Assembly: GCF_006345805.1 (NCBI RefSeq)
Contig: NC_043000.1
Span: 131,192,001-131,256,000 of the forward strand
From: Octopus sinensis
Lineage: Eukaryota
Length of the DNA: 64,000 bases
Direction: 5' to 3'
Positions 1-12,859 of this stretch are shown piece after piece. The notes under the pieces are model-generated. The model had not been told where the DNA came from. It searched no databases and saw only the letters and a list, made by a program, of their open reading frames with translations. Numbering within the stretch: position 1 is the first letter of the stretch; the number at the start of each line of letters is the position of its first letter. The position numbers and the translations under genes were made by a program.

Positions 1-157
1 CATCGACCCAGTGTGTAACTGGTACTTAATTTATCGATCCCGAAAGGATGAAAGGTAAAGTCGACCTCAGCAGAATTTGAACTCAGAACGTAAAAGCAGA
101 CTAAATACTGCTAAGCATTTTGCCAGGCGTGCTAACAATCCTGCCACCTCACCGCCT
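1..157 (-). mobile_element. SINE family B (tRNA-derived head, MetaSINE/Sauria-like central domain)
   Basis: ggcgagctggcagaa head; gtcgactttgcctttcatcctttcggggtcgataa core. Confidence 0.85.
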
Positions 158-1331
158 TCATTTTGGCAAATAGATAAGACACACTCAGGAAGAATATATG
201 CACCATGGAAACAGGAAACTAGCCCTATGAATATATATGACACAGGTAGAATCTTATAGGCCATCAAAGACTGAGTTGTCTTTGATGCTTTTGTAATGTT
301 GCTTTTTTCTAGGTAGAGGTGTTGGCTCTACGCAAGCCCAGTTTTACCTCTGGGATGAGTTGGTCCATATTATTCTGGCCTCTATCCGTTAACCTGTTCA
401 GCACGGTAGATCCTACAAGGAGCTTGCACTCTGCTGGCATATTAAGTACTTCATACATTAGACTTTTTAATGGACTGCTCAAATAGAACTGACCATAGCC
501 ATAACAACAATGAGTTATATGAGCTAATGCAGGCAAACCTTCCACAGGAAACTCAATTGAAAATATATACAATAGCATTTTCCTTTTCTTTGATTACCTC
601 TCAACAACCAGCTAGCAAACAAGTATTGTCTGTTATTATAAAATGTTCTAAAAGCTTCTACTTTAGCTGGAACAAATTTTATCATTATATTTCCTAACAA
701 TCATTTTGCTATATTTTCTTTAATAGTTGAGCAAATTTAATTGCTATTTTCTAGGAATCTATGTAGTCAAGCAACTACATAAAGTCTCCCTCATTGGCTT
801 GTTATATTACTTGTATATTTGGGCAGATGAGATGAAAACATCTACTGATGATTGAAGCACCAGGCAAGCCACAGCATGTTACCTCATTGTAACCAGAACC
901 TAACTGTTTTTGAGTGTGTCTTATCTATTTGCCAAAATGTCTTTGCCATTGTAACCACGAATATCTCCAACAAATTTCAGACAAACCACCTACACGCAGA
1001 TATACTGCTGCAAACAACAACTTTTTAATTGAATGGGCAATGATACCTAAAAATAACTATACAAAAATACATTACTAAATGTCCTTTCCTGGTGGTGCTA
1101 GTAAGTTAGCTATGGCCTGGGCCAATGTGGCCGAAACCTATCTAAGTATCTCAGCTGCACACACAAACCAACACTTTTCATTGCTGGCTGTTTTTTTCTT
1201 CCTTAATGCATTTGTGCAGAATCTTTATATGAAATAGCCACTTAGTTAATTAACTACAAATAAAGAAACTGAAAAGGTGGTAATTCAAACAATGTTGATC
1301 TAAGAACATTAATAGATCAGATGCTTCTTAA

Positions 1332-1552
1332 CCCTTTCGTTATCAACCCAGTTGAAACCGGCTCTTGCTCTGAGTACATATGTCTTGTTTTCATAAGTTT
1401 TAAATCAACATCTTCTACCAAACCTTAGTCACAATTTATGTTCCTGACACCAGCTGAAAGATAACTAAGTTATTTTAATAAATTTTTTTTTTATATTTAA
1501 AGTAATTGAAAGAAACACAGAACATCTCAAAATAAATACAGTAACGAAAGGG
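1332..1552. mobile_element. piggyBac-type MITE
   Basis: TTAA TSD; TIRs CCCTTTCGTTA / TAACGAAAGGG. Confidence 0.9.
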
Positions 1553-1929
1553 TTAATGGCAAGAAGAGCTCTCATCACCTTTCACAAGGCTCCTGAGAGT
1601 GGTGGGAGAAAGTGGGGGAGAAACTATGACTCATGGGTTATCTGCAGATCAGGCAGCTGGTCCAAATGTCACAACAGAGAGAAGAATGTAACCAAAGGCA
1701 CCCAAGGGCCAGAATATGGTGTTAGAGTGGACAATGGATTAAATCTATGACTCATGAGTACATACATCTAACTGCTGCATGGTCACCATGTACCAAACTT
1801 CACTTGCATGATCTGGGCCAACATAAGACTATAATAGAAGATATATTCCCACGGTGCCATGCCTGTAGCAAGAATATATGTGAAACAATATCAAAATGCA
1901 TTTGTGAAAATACTATCTTGCAAACTTAA

Positions 1930-2065
1930 CCCTTTGAGCCCTGACCTCCTGAACCTTATTTGACCATATACCTGGCTTCCTGATGCGCAACACTGGTAGG
2001 GCGGTGCTACAGTATAGAGAAAAATAAGCCATCCACTGGTAAACCGATGTTACGAGCTCAAAGGG
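1930..2065. mobile_element. Second piggyBac-type MITE family
   Basis: TTAA TSD; TIRs CCCTTTGAGC / GCTCAAAGGG. Confidence 0.85.
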
Positions 2066-2653
2066 TTAATCTATAGCAAAATAAGTGATGTCTGGATTTT
2101 ATGAAATAATCAAGGGTTCTAGATAGGCTGACTACATTAGATTTTATTAGAAAGTTAGAGTTTATGATCAGTATCTTTTGAAGAAATGTTTGAGTTTACA
2201 GGACTGAAAATTCTTCATATTAACAGCAAGTACAAATAAATAATATGTAAGTCAGCATCTTTGATATTTAACTAATCACATTCTAGGCAATCTTGAGATA
2301 AAATTTAAGAGCTTTTGAATTTTGATTAAGTTGATAGTTGGGATCAGAGGAAACTAAAGATAGACTATCAGCAATTACTCCCTTAGTGAAGAGATGGATC
2401 CTTCTTCAGAGAAATGGGCTGATCATTGGCAAGATGGGTCCTTCATTGGTAAAATGCATCTTTTATTGAAGAAATGTATCTTTCATTGGTAAGCTATGTT
2501 TTATAAGGATGTTGGATTTTCCTTCATTCTCACGGCAACCCAAACTTATTGCACTTTTACTTTCAAATAGTTGGATATAATTAGTTTTAGATATGTATAT
2601 GTATATATATATATAACTGGAACATTAATATTGCAATAGTTATGCATTATATA

Positions 2654-2687
<34 letters not shown>

Positions 2688-3394
2688 TTTTTTATTAAAG
2701 CTGCAAAAACATCACAAAAATAGGTTACTCAGCATTTCATGTGTCTGACAGTTGTGATCAAGACTAGAATCTCTCTCTCTCTCTCTTTCTGTGTGTGTAT
2801 ATATAGAGAGAGGGAGGAGAGAGAGAGAGAGAGGGAAAAGAGAGAGCAGGAGAGGAAGAGAGAGAAAGAGAGAGATCAGAATAATCGAAGAATTAAGCAT
2901 TAATATTTTGAATGCATTTAATATGTATGTTTCAAGTAGTTATGTGCAATAACTGGTATGCAATATCGTCATCATCAGTCAGTATTTCAAAATGAAGTGT
3001 CAACTGTTGATGGTATATTACATAACAGTTATATTATGTAATTACTTAAAACATATCTATTAAATGCATTCAAAATATCAAAATTTGGTTTTGATACTAT
3101 ACAACTCATCTTAACAATATGGTCTGCCCTCACTCAGATAATATAGTTGTAATGCAACAAGAATATAGGAATTGAATATTAAAAGAACACTGAGCCAAAA
3201 AACACCTGATTCGGTGTGGTGCATGAACGCATTCTACAGAATATATATATGTGTGCGTGTGTGTGTATGTATATAATATATAGATAGGACACTAAGAGAT
3301 GCAGCAACATTAAGGAAATTAACAGATAAGATAGCTTCATGTGGGCAGGATGCACAGGACAATAGACACAACAGACACTCAGAAAACATTCCAT

Positions 3395-4320
3395 CAACTC
3401 CAGGGAGAGAAACTAGAAGTAGTGAGTTTCCGCTACCTGGGTGACCAAGTTAGTAGCGGAGGTGGATGCACAGAGAGTATCACCACTAGATACGAATAGC
3501 CGGGGCAAAGTTCAGAAAGCTCCTACCCCTACTGGCAACAAAAGGTCTCTCCCTCAGAGCGAAAGGAGATTGTATGATGCATGTGTGCGAACTGCCATGC
3601 TTCACGGTAATGAAACATGGGCAGTGACTGCAGAGGACATGTGTAGACTTGAAAGAAAGAAGCTACATGATCCTGGATGTGTAGTGTCAGTGTGCACGCA
3701 AGACAGAGTGTAAGCATCCTAAGAGATGCTGGATATAAGAAGCATCAGATGTGGTGTGCAAGAGCGACGCTTGCGATGGTATGGTCATGTGCTGCGGATG
3801 GATGAAGAGAGATGTGTGAAGAAGTGCCACTCCCAAACAGTTGAAGGTATCAGGGGGAGAGGTAGACCCAGGAAGACATGGGATGAGGTAGTCAAGCATG
3901 ACCTCAGAGCATTGGGCCTCACTGAGGCAATGGCGAAAGACCGAGATCTCTGGAGATATGCTGTGACTGCAAAGACCGGGCTGCTTTCTGCAGCAATTCC
4001 ACATACCCCCTACCCATTCAAAGTACCTCGGATCCCCAAAGTACCCGGACCCAGTTGCCCCCGTGCCGCTGGCACGTTTAAAAGCTCGAACCGATCGCGA
4101 CCAATGCCGGACCCCCCGGCCCCTGTGCAGGTGGCACGTAAAAAGCACCCAATCCACTCACGGAGTGGTTGGCGTTAGGAAGGGCATCCAGCCGTAGAAA
4201 CTCTGCCAAATCAGACTGGAGCCTGGAGCGGCCCCTGGCTTCCCAGACCCCGGTCAAACCGTCCAACCCGTGCTAGCGCGGAAAACGGACGTTAAACGAT
4301 GATGATGATGATGATGATGA
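3395..4320 (+). mobile_element. RTE-clade LINE 3' fragment (RT C-terminus, 3' UTR, (GAT)n tail)
   Basis: FRYLGDQ, RLYDACVRTAMLHG.ETWA, RRLRWYGHVLRM, RGRGRPRKTW; ends in GAT repeats. Confidence 0.9.
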
Positions 4321-4760
4321 TATAGGACTTCACCCAGCGCTTTAAACTAAGCACTACATTGAAGCACATGGATCCTAATCCTCCAAAGAAGTTTTTCCAA
4401 GGACTATTATTGAACCCTAAAAGCATAAAGTCTCTACAATTTACTGGTATACTTATTTATTAATTTTTGTATATATGTATTAATATTTTTTTGAAAAAAA
4501 CATTGTAAATTTCTTTTTTCCCCTTCCAAATCTTGAAAATTCGCCTTGCAATGAAAACCGGTTTAATTTATTATTTTTTCTTTTTTAATTTTCCATACAC
4601 CCATTTTTATTAAAATTTACTTTCAATTTAGCATTCTGCCTCATTATATTTTTACCCCTCGTATATATATATATATATATACACACACATATATATATGC
4701 ATGTATGTGTATATATATATATATAGACACATATATTAGATATACATAATATATACACAT

Positions 4761-5167
4761 GCAGGAGTGGCTGTGTGGTAAGTAGCTTGCTAACCAACCA
4801 CATGGTTCCGGGTTCAGTCCCACTGCGTAGCATCTTGGGCAAGTGTCTTCTGCTATAGCCCCGGGCCGACCAATGCCTTGTGAGTGGATTTGGTAGACGG
4901 AAACTGAAAGAAACCTGTCGTATATATGTATATATATATATAAGTGTGTGTGTATATGTTTGTGTGTCTGTGTTTGTCCCCCTAGCATTGCTTGACAACC
5001 GATGCTGGTGTGTTTACGTCACCGTCACTTAGAGGTTCGGCAAAAGAGACCGATAGAATAAGTACTGGGCTAACAAAGAATAAGTCCCGGGGTCGATTTG
5101 CTCGACTAAAGGCGGTGCTCCAGCATGGCCGCAGTCAAATGAATGAAACAAGTAAAATAGTAAAGAG
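4761..5167 (+). mobile_element. SINE family A (tRNA-derived head, CORE-like ccttgggcaagtg domain, internal microsatellite)
   Basis: Pol III A/B-box-like head; many copies in the window. Confidence 0.9.
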
Positions 5168-5419
5168 TATACACACACATGTATATATATGTATGTATGT
5201 ATCTATCTATATAAATATACACAGTCATAAGTGGAAATTTAAATAGATCCACATTTAAACTTACAGTGAAAAACCAGACAGTATGACTAAATTGCAGATT
5301 TTTTTCTCTCTGCATCCAGGAAAAGAGATAAATCTGATTAATTTATAATATTAATTAGCATCTTAACAGAGTTTGATAATTCACTTATTTTTTATCCAGA
5401 GTGGACAAAAAAGTTTAAC

Positions 5420-5464
5420 CAATATCTGATGAGGTATTCATAAATGCTGAAACTAGTCAGATTG
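5420..5464 (+). ncRNA. Minimal type I hammerhead ribozyme with canonical core
   Basis: caatat-CTGATGA-ggtatt[cata]aatgct-GAAA-ctag-TC-agattg: palindromic ACTAGT stem III, GUC triplet, one mismatch in stem I. Confidence 0.7.
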
Positions 5465-6112
5465 ACACACTCTTTCCTGACCAGAAAATAAAAATTTTTT
5501 TTAGTTAACCATAGTGATTATCCTTATATAGTGATGTCAAATATATGTTTACTAAAGAAACATGCTCGTAAGTTTATCTTTACATCGCTAAACATGTGTA
5601 TGTTTGTGAGCATGCACTACAGGTGAATGCATAAATTTATATCCAAAATATCATTTGCAATAAATTATATGAATGATAGAAAGTAATTGTCACTTGATCT
5701 AGTGTATACATTTTTATAAAAGAAACAAATGATCAAAAATATAATTTAAAACTAAAAATAAAATACATAAAGAAGTTCTTTTTCTTCTTCTTTTTGCTTA
5801 ATGAAAATTCAGATTCTCAGGTGAAATGAGACATGTGTGTATCCACATACCTGTTTTGACAGTAAATGTTGTATTTGTGAAAAGCCAGAGGTTATTTGAA
5901 TTTAAAATCACAAAAATATGTCCATTAAAGTTGGCCACACCTATCATAGACAAATTACATAAATATCTCAACAACATAAACTTGTTTTAATCATGCATGC
6001 TGTGCTCATTCTCTTTCTCTCACTAGCTCATCCTCTCACTTTCTCTTTCTCCCTCTCTTTAATTCTGTTTTATTATGCTTCTACTCTCTCATTTTTGTTA
6101 TATATTGTACAG

Positions 6113-6250
6113 GTGGGTGGTTAAGAAGCTTGCTTTTTGCAACCATATCATTTCAGATTCAGTCCCAAAGTGTGGTACCTTCTACCATAGTCTTGAGCCA
6201 ATCCAATACCTTGTGAGTGAATCTAGTAGAGGGAAACTGTGTGGAAACCT
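6113..6250 (+). mobile_element. SINE family A, head fragment
   Basis: Diverged match to the family A head. Confidence 0.7.
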
Positions 6251-6251
6251 G

Positions 6252-6690
6252 TCATCATCATCATCAACATTATCATCGATTAACGTCCGCTTTTCATGCT
6301 AGCATGGGTTGGACAATTTGATTGAGGTCTGGCAAACCAGATGGCTGCATCAGACTCCAATCTTGATCTGGCAGAGTTTCTACAGCTGGATGCCCTTCCT
6401 AACGCCAACCATTCTGAGAGTGTAGTGGGTGCTTTTACGTGCCACCGGCATGAGGGCCAGTCAGGAAGTACTGGCAACGGCCATGCACAGATGGTGCTTT
6501 TTATGTGCCACCTGCACAGGAGCCAGTCCAGCAGCACTGGCAACGACCTCGCTTCGAATGTTTTTCACATGTCACCAGCACAGGTGCTAGTAAGGCGACG
6601 CAGGTAACGATCATGCTCGAATGGTGCTTTTTAACGTGCCATCGGCACGGAGGCCAGCTTGTTGCTCTGGCAATGATGTCACTCGTACGG
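6252..6690 (-). mobile_element. Family C: RTE 3'-UTR/tail-derived element with (GAT)n tail
   Basis: Shares its 3' ~200 bp with the RTE at 3395-4320. Other copies at about 8790-8945, 12030-12160, 41033-41180, 52737-52995, 53821-54035, 54482-54960, 62390-62630 (-) and 57143-57340 (+). Confidence 0.85.
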
Positions 6691-6815
6691 TACTCAGCGC
6701 TCGAGGATTTATAAATCTCTTATGGAGATTGTTTCATCCAAGTGACACTGGTTTACTATATTATATTGTTGAGAAATATCTCTTCAATATAAAAACAGGC
6801 ATATTATGAATATCA

Positions 6816-7221
6816 GATATTATTAAGTTAGAAAATAGATATAAATTAATGGATATAATTTAATTTATTAACATTTTTAATAAGGCCTACAGTTGTTTCA
6901 GTTCTCACTCAATACAAATTACAAACATATAGAATAAAATAAATTTGCATTTTGAATATTTAGAGTAAAATATCTTCAGGGCCAATGGACATTAAGAAAA
7001 CTATATGCTGATCAATTGAGATTCTCCATCAGGCTGCTGGAGAATTTAATTTGATCAACATGTAGTTTTCTTAATGTCCATTGGTCCTGAAGATAAACTT
7101 ATTTTATTCTGTTTGTAATTTGTATTGAGTGTGAAATGAAACAATCGTAGGCCTTATTAAAAATGTTAATAAATTAATCTATATCCATTGAACTATCTTC
7201 ATTTTTTTACTTAATAATATC
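6816..7221. repeat. AT-rich ~400-bp imperfect palindrome (foldback/MITE-like)
   Basis: Left and right halves pair over most of their length, with a ~25-bp insertion in the left arm. Confidence 0.85.
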
Positions 7222-7559
7222 ATATACATATATACATATTATGTATTCTATTTATGAACTTCTTTCTTTCAACGTCTCGAATGTAAGGTCTCTCCCCTGA
7301 AAATGGAGGCTTGTCTAATTCTATGATGGAATCACTCTCTAAACATTATTTTGGACCACTGAGCCCCCAGAAACAGCTGTTGGATTTGTAATACTTTTCT
7401 TCAAACCCTTTAACTCTCTATATCATTTGTATTCTCTGTAAGTCGGGCCTTATTGTACATAAGCATATATACATTTTTCTTGTATTTCAATGTTTTTAAT
7501 ATATTTTATATTTTGATCTGCTTAACTTGCTTATCCTTTCATTTACTTCTATATTATAT

Positions 7560-7773
7560 ATTATTCTTTCACTTGTTTCAGTCAGTTGACTGCGACCATG
7601 CTGGAGCACTGCTTTTAGTCAAAGAAATCGACCCCAGGACTTATTCTTTGTAAGCTTAGTACTTATTCTGTCTTTTTTGCTGAACCTTTAAGTTACAGGG
7701 ACATAAACACACTAACACTGGTTGTCAAGCGATGGTGGCAAGACAAACATATATATATGTGTGTGTGTGTATG

Positions 7774-7804
<31 letters not shown>

Positions 7805-8011
7805 ATTTAGGTTAGCTGAAATGTGAAATATGTTTGTTAGATATTTCAACTGCTAAATGCAAATATACTGCAGTTACCGTGGAGAAAAAATTCGTTCGGG
7901 ATGTTTTCACACTTTTTTACCATAAGAGAGAAATATGTGACAAACATTTCAACTAACCTAAATTGTAATTATACGTAAACACTGCTTAGCACATTTACTC
8001 CGATATATATA

Positions 8012-8046
<35 letters not shown>

Positions 8047-8447
8047 TACATATATATACACTGGCTTCTTCCAGTTTCTGTCTACCAAATCCACTCACAA
8101 GGCTTTGGTCAACCCGAGGCTATAGTAGAAGACAGTTGCCCAAGGTGTCATGCAGTGGGACTGAACCTGGTACCATGTAGTCGGGAAGCAAGTTTCTTAT
8201 TTCCTTATTACCCACAAGGGGCTACACACAGAGGGGACAAACAAGTTCAGACAAACGGATTAAGTCGATTACATCAACCCCAGTGCGTAACTGGTACTTA
8301 TTTAATCGACCCTGAAAGGCTGAAAGGCAAAGTCAACCTCAGCAGAATTTGAACTCAGAACGTAGTGGTAGACAAGCATTTCGCCTGGCGTGCTAACGTT
8401 TCTGCCAGCTCACCACAAGCTTCTTACCACACAGCTACACCTACACT
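7560..8447 (-). mobile_element. SINE family A, interrupted by insertions including a family B SINE
   Basis: Tail 7560-7760, body 8060-8198, head remnant 8417-8447. Confidence 0.75.
8199..8416 (-). mobile_element. SINE family B
   Basis: Full match with approximate 9-bp TSD. Confidence 0.88.
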
Positions 8448-8545
8448 TAATTTGTGTATTTATATATGCATATATACACATATATGATATATATATTATA
8501 TATGCATTAAATATTGTGCATATATATATATATATATATATATGT

Positions 8546-8587
<42 letters not shown>

Positions 8588-8639
8588 CTTTGTATTTGTT
8601 CTCCACCACTTCTTGACAACTGGTAATTGTTTGTTTCTG

Positions 8640-8790
8640 GCCCTGTAACTTAGCAGTTCAGCAAAAGTACCAGATAGAATACATAGCAGACATTAAAAAA
8701 CAAGGACGGGGGTCAATTTGTTTGACCAAACCTTTCAACGTGATGCCCCAACATGGCTGCAGACCAATGACTGAGACAAGTAAAAGCTAA
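8640..8790 (+). mobile_element. SINE family A, diverged tail fragment
   Basis: Similarity to the family A 3' half. Confidence 0.65.
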
Positions 8791-9424
8791 TCACCATCAC
8801 CATCACCATCATCATAGTCATCATCATTTTTAACATTCGCTTCTCCATGCTTGGATAGAGTTTACTGAGGCAGACTTTCTAAGACTGGATGCCCTACATT
8901 TCACCTGTTTCCAAGCAAGGTAATATTTCCTTATGGCTGAATTTTAAAATGACGATGATGATGTCGACAACAGTGATAAAATATGGATGGATGGATGGAT
9001 GGATGGATAGATGGATGGAAAGATGGATAGCTGGACAAGTAGACAGACAGACAGATAGATGCATGCATATAACTATCTATTTGAGTATGTGTATGCATGT
9101 ATGTATGCTTATGTAGGCATGTATATATCTCTCTTTCTCTCTCTCTCTCTCTTGCTCTCTCTTTCTCTCTCTGTGATAATTCTTAGTTTGTGTCAGTGAC
9201 TATGTCATTGATGTATTTTGAAATTTTTTCATCCTTAATTATTCCCAGTACAATCACAGAATAATCAAACATGAAAGTAATGACACATATACCCACCATT
9301 GCCTATTTTTGCTACCTACAATAGCATTGTTTATATTGACATATTCATTCAAGAAACATCATAATTTGCAGTGGAGGCTCTGAATTTTAAAGAAAATCGA
9401 AAGAGATAAACTTAAAGTGAGAAT

Positions 9425-9740
9425 TGTGACCTCCTTAGGTCATGAATGACCATGGAATTGCACCTAGAAAGTTACCTTCCGAGGTACAAGTCTGGGCAAG
9501 GTTGTTTTATGGAAAACCAGCAGTCGCTCACGCATACCAGCCTCCCCTCTCCAAGCCACTGATGTTATCCAAGGGAAAGGCAAAGGCCAATACAGCTTGG
9601 CACCAGTGACGTCGCAGCTCATTTATCAACATGCAAGTGGCTGAGCACTCTACAGACACGTGTACCCTTAACGTAGTTCTCAGGGAGATTCAGCGTGAAA
9701 CAGAGTGTGACAAAGCTGGCCCTTTGAAATACAGATAATA
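9425..9740 (-). mobile_element. Interspersed SINE-like repeat; 9625-9740 matches 23610-23710 in opposite orientation
   Basis: Shared ctgaatctccctgagaactacgttaa motif. Confidence 0.55.
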
Positions 9741-10169
9741 TTAGTAACTCATAAAAATATATACTGTGTTTATTAGATATTTATCTCACATTAGATGGAG
9801 TACATTTTTTGTTAATATTACCATCACAGAACTGTACACTATATATTCATGTGTATATATATATGTATACACTCACACACACACAAATGTAGATATGTTA
9901 ACAAACTCATGCATATACATATATTACCTAGGCCTTAAATGTGTTCAACTTATTATGTGCATGTCTATGTCCTTTGGTTGCTGGTCCTTAGGAGACAGAA
10001 AAATGTATCCACAACTCTCCTCATATTCCCTAACAATAAGCCTGGTGTTTTTCCTTAATGGTTCATCAATTGGAGAATTCTTGAGCCTTGAGTTCATTTC
10101 CCCTTTTCAGATGGAACTTAGTCTTAAATGCCATTTTGTAATTAAGACACAACCTCTAGAATTAAAGAT

Positions 10170-10170
10170 C

Positions 10171-10201
<31 letters not shown>

Positions 10202-11880
10202 TTTAACATCCATTGTCCATGCTGGCATGGGTTGGATGGTTTGACCAGGGATGGTAAGCTGGAAGGCTGCACCAGACTCCAGTCTGATTTGGCATGGTTT
10301 TCTACAACTAGATGCCCTTCCTAACACAAACCACTCTGAGAGTGTAATGGGTGCTTTTACGTGCCACCAGCATGAGTGCCATTTGCATGACACCAGTATC
10401 TGCCATGACTGTGATTCTGTTCAGTTTGATGGGTCTTCTTTTCATGTACAACATAATGCCTAAGGTCTCAGTTATTGCCCCCATGAGATCCAACACTTGA
10501 AAGGAACTCAGGTACTTTGCTTCCCTGAGGCCCAACGCTCAAAAGGAACTTAACCACTTTGCCTCCGTGAGGCTCAACAGTCAAAAGGTGCTCTTTACAT
10601 GCCACCAGCAGAGGTGCCAGTTATATGATACCAGCATCAGCCATGACTACGATTTCACTTGGCTTGAAGAGTCTTCTCAAGCACAACATATTGCCAAGGG
10701 TCTCAGTCCCTAGTCATTGCTTTTGTGAGGCTCAAAGTTTGAAGATCATGCTTCACCACTTCGTCCCATGTCTTCCTGGGTCAACCTCTACCACAGGTTC
10801 CCTCCACAGTTAGAGATTGGCACTTATTTACACAGCAGTCCTTGTCCATATGCATCACATGACCATATCAGTATGGTCATTTCTCTTGCACACCACATCT
10901 GATGCCTCTTATGCCTAACTTTTCTCTCAAGATGCTTACACTCTGTCAAACATGCACACTGACATTGCACATCCAGTGAAGCATACTGGCTTCATTTCTT
11001 TCAAACCTACACATGTCCTCAGCTGTCACAGCCCATGTTTCACTGCCATGTAGCATAGCTGTTCGCACACAGGCATCATACAATCTGCCTTCCACTCTGA
11101 GAGAGAGGTCTTTGTTGCTACCAGAAGTAGGAGCTCTCTGAACTTTGCCTAGCCCTTCCACATACAAAAGCTAGTTTCCCTGTTAACCTTCCTCTGATAC
11201 TGCTGCACCTTTTATGTGTCCAAAGCTTACATCAGGTGCATCTTATGGAGTTTCTACCTATGCCTTTTCTACAAATCGAGTAGGGCCACCTACCTGAAGG
11301 GATTTGTGATTTGTCTGCTTTCTTTCTTAATAAGACTTCAGTTTTTGCAAGGTTAACTCTAAGGCCTTCCAATTCTAGACCTTGCTTCCATACCTGGAAC
11401 TTCTTCTCTAGTTTTGGTAGTGATTTGGCAATAAGAGCAAGGTCATCAGCACAAAGGAGATCCCAGAAGCAGCCTGTCTTGAATTCCTCTTTTATTGCCT
11501 GGGGGACTATGATGAATAAGAGGGGGCTAAGTACTGATCGTTGATGAATCCCTACTTGTAACCTGAATTCTTTGCTGTACTCATTGCCAACCCTCATCTT
11601 ACTGGTAGCATCCCTGTACAGCTCTCACCAACCACTTGTCTATCTCTAGTTTTCACATTGACCACCAGATAAGGGATCGGGGGACCCTGTCAAAGGGTTT
11701 CTCCAAGGCAACAAAGGCCAAGTACAGAGGTTTATGTTTGGCTAGGTATTTCTCCTGCAGTTGCCTTACCAGAAATATAGCATCAATGGTGCTTCTCCCT
11801 GGCACAAAACCAAACTGAATCTTAACTAGGCTAGCTCTCTCCCTAATTAATTGGGCTATGACCCTTTCCATAACTAGCAT
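10170..11880 (-). mobile_element. Decayed 5'-truncated RTE-clade LINE with RT domain
   Basis: QFGFVPGRSTIDAIF, FVALEKPFDRVPR, VLSPLLF, LLCADDLAL, RLYDACVRTAMLHGSETW; (ATC)n tail at 10170. Confidence 0.9.
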
Positions 11881-11993
11881 AATTTTAATAAATCAAGAAC
11901 TTACTGTATTTATTTATGTTGTTCAAATATGTGCGACTGGCACATTTTGGTCTATATACATACAAACACACATACATACATACATATATCATG

Positions 11994-12029
<36 letters not shown>

Positions 12030-12493
12030 CCTCATCATCATCATCATCATCATCAAACATTTGCTTTCCAGGCTGTCATGGATTAGACAGTTTAACTAGA
12101 ACTGCCAAGCCGAAGAGCTGCACCAGGGTCCAGTCTGACTTTGACATGGTTTCTATGGATGGATGCTCTAGACCAACTTATCTTATCTGTTATCAGATAT
12201 CTCAGTATGTGTGTCTGATAGGTAGCCAGAATGTAAACCCTTTGAGAGAAAAATCAAAAGTTTGAGGGCTTATTTGTACTAAATGGCTGGTGGGAGGCAA
12301 TATAGCTACCAGAAGTAAAAGCCATGCTTGTATCTTCGTACATAGCAGTCTATGGGCCAAATTTGATGAGAGAGCAGGCAGATAAGCAAACATCAAAGCA
12401 GATTCATAGCACTAACGAAGAGAATGACAAGAGAAAGGAGAGACAAAGAAAACATAAGTTACATTAAATTAAAACAATTTAAATAAATTAATC

Positions 12494-12781
12494 ATAGGCA
12501 CAGGAGTGGCTGTGTGGTAAGTAAACACACCAGCATCAATTGTCAAGCAATGTTGGGGAGACAAACACAGACACACAAACATATACACACACATACATAT
12601 ATATATGCATATATACGACAGGCTTTTTTCAGTTTCCGTCTACCAAATCCACTCACAAGGCTTTGGTCAGCCCAAGGCTACAGTAGAAGACACTTACCCA
12701 AGGTGCCACGCAGTGGGACTGAACCCGGAACCATGTGGCTGGGAAGCAAGCTACTTACCACACAGCCACTCCTGCACCTAT
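12494..12781 (-). mobile_element. SINE family A with its tail replaced by an inverted copy of the head
   Basis: 30-bp inverted termini; see findings. Confidence 0.85.
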
Positions 12782-12859
12782 GGTGGAAGGTTTTAACCTC
12801 AATCGCTTTAAAACATGAAGTTTATATCACAGAACCAGAAGTTTATATATATATATGCC

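Noticed and set aside
309-480. Stop-free stretches on both strands with some splice-like signals
   Set aside because: No recognisable protein motif and no partner exons found.
2690-2760. Hammerhead-like remnant on the - strand related to 33665
   Set aside because: Core and stem II are deleted or mutated, so it cannot fold.
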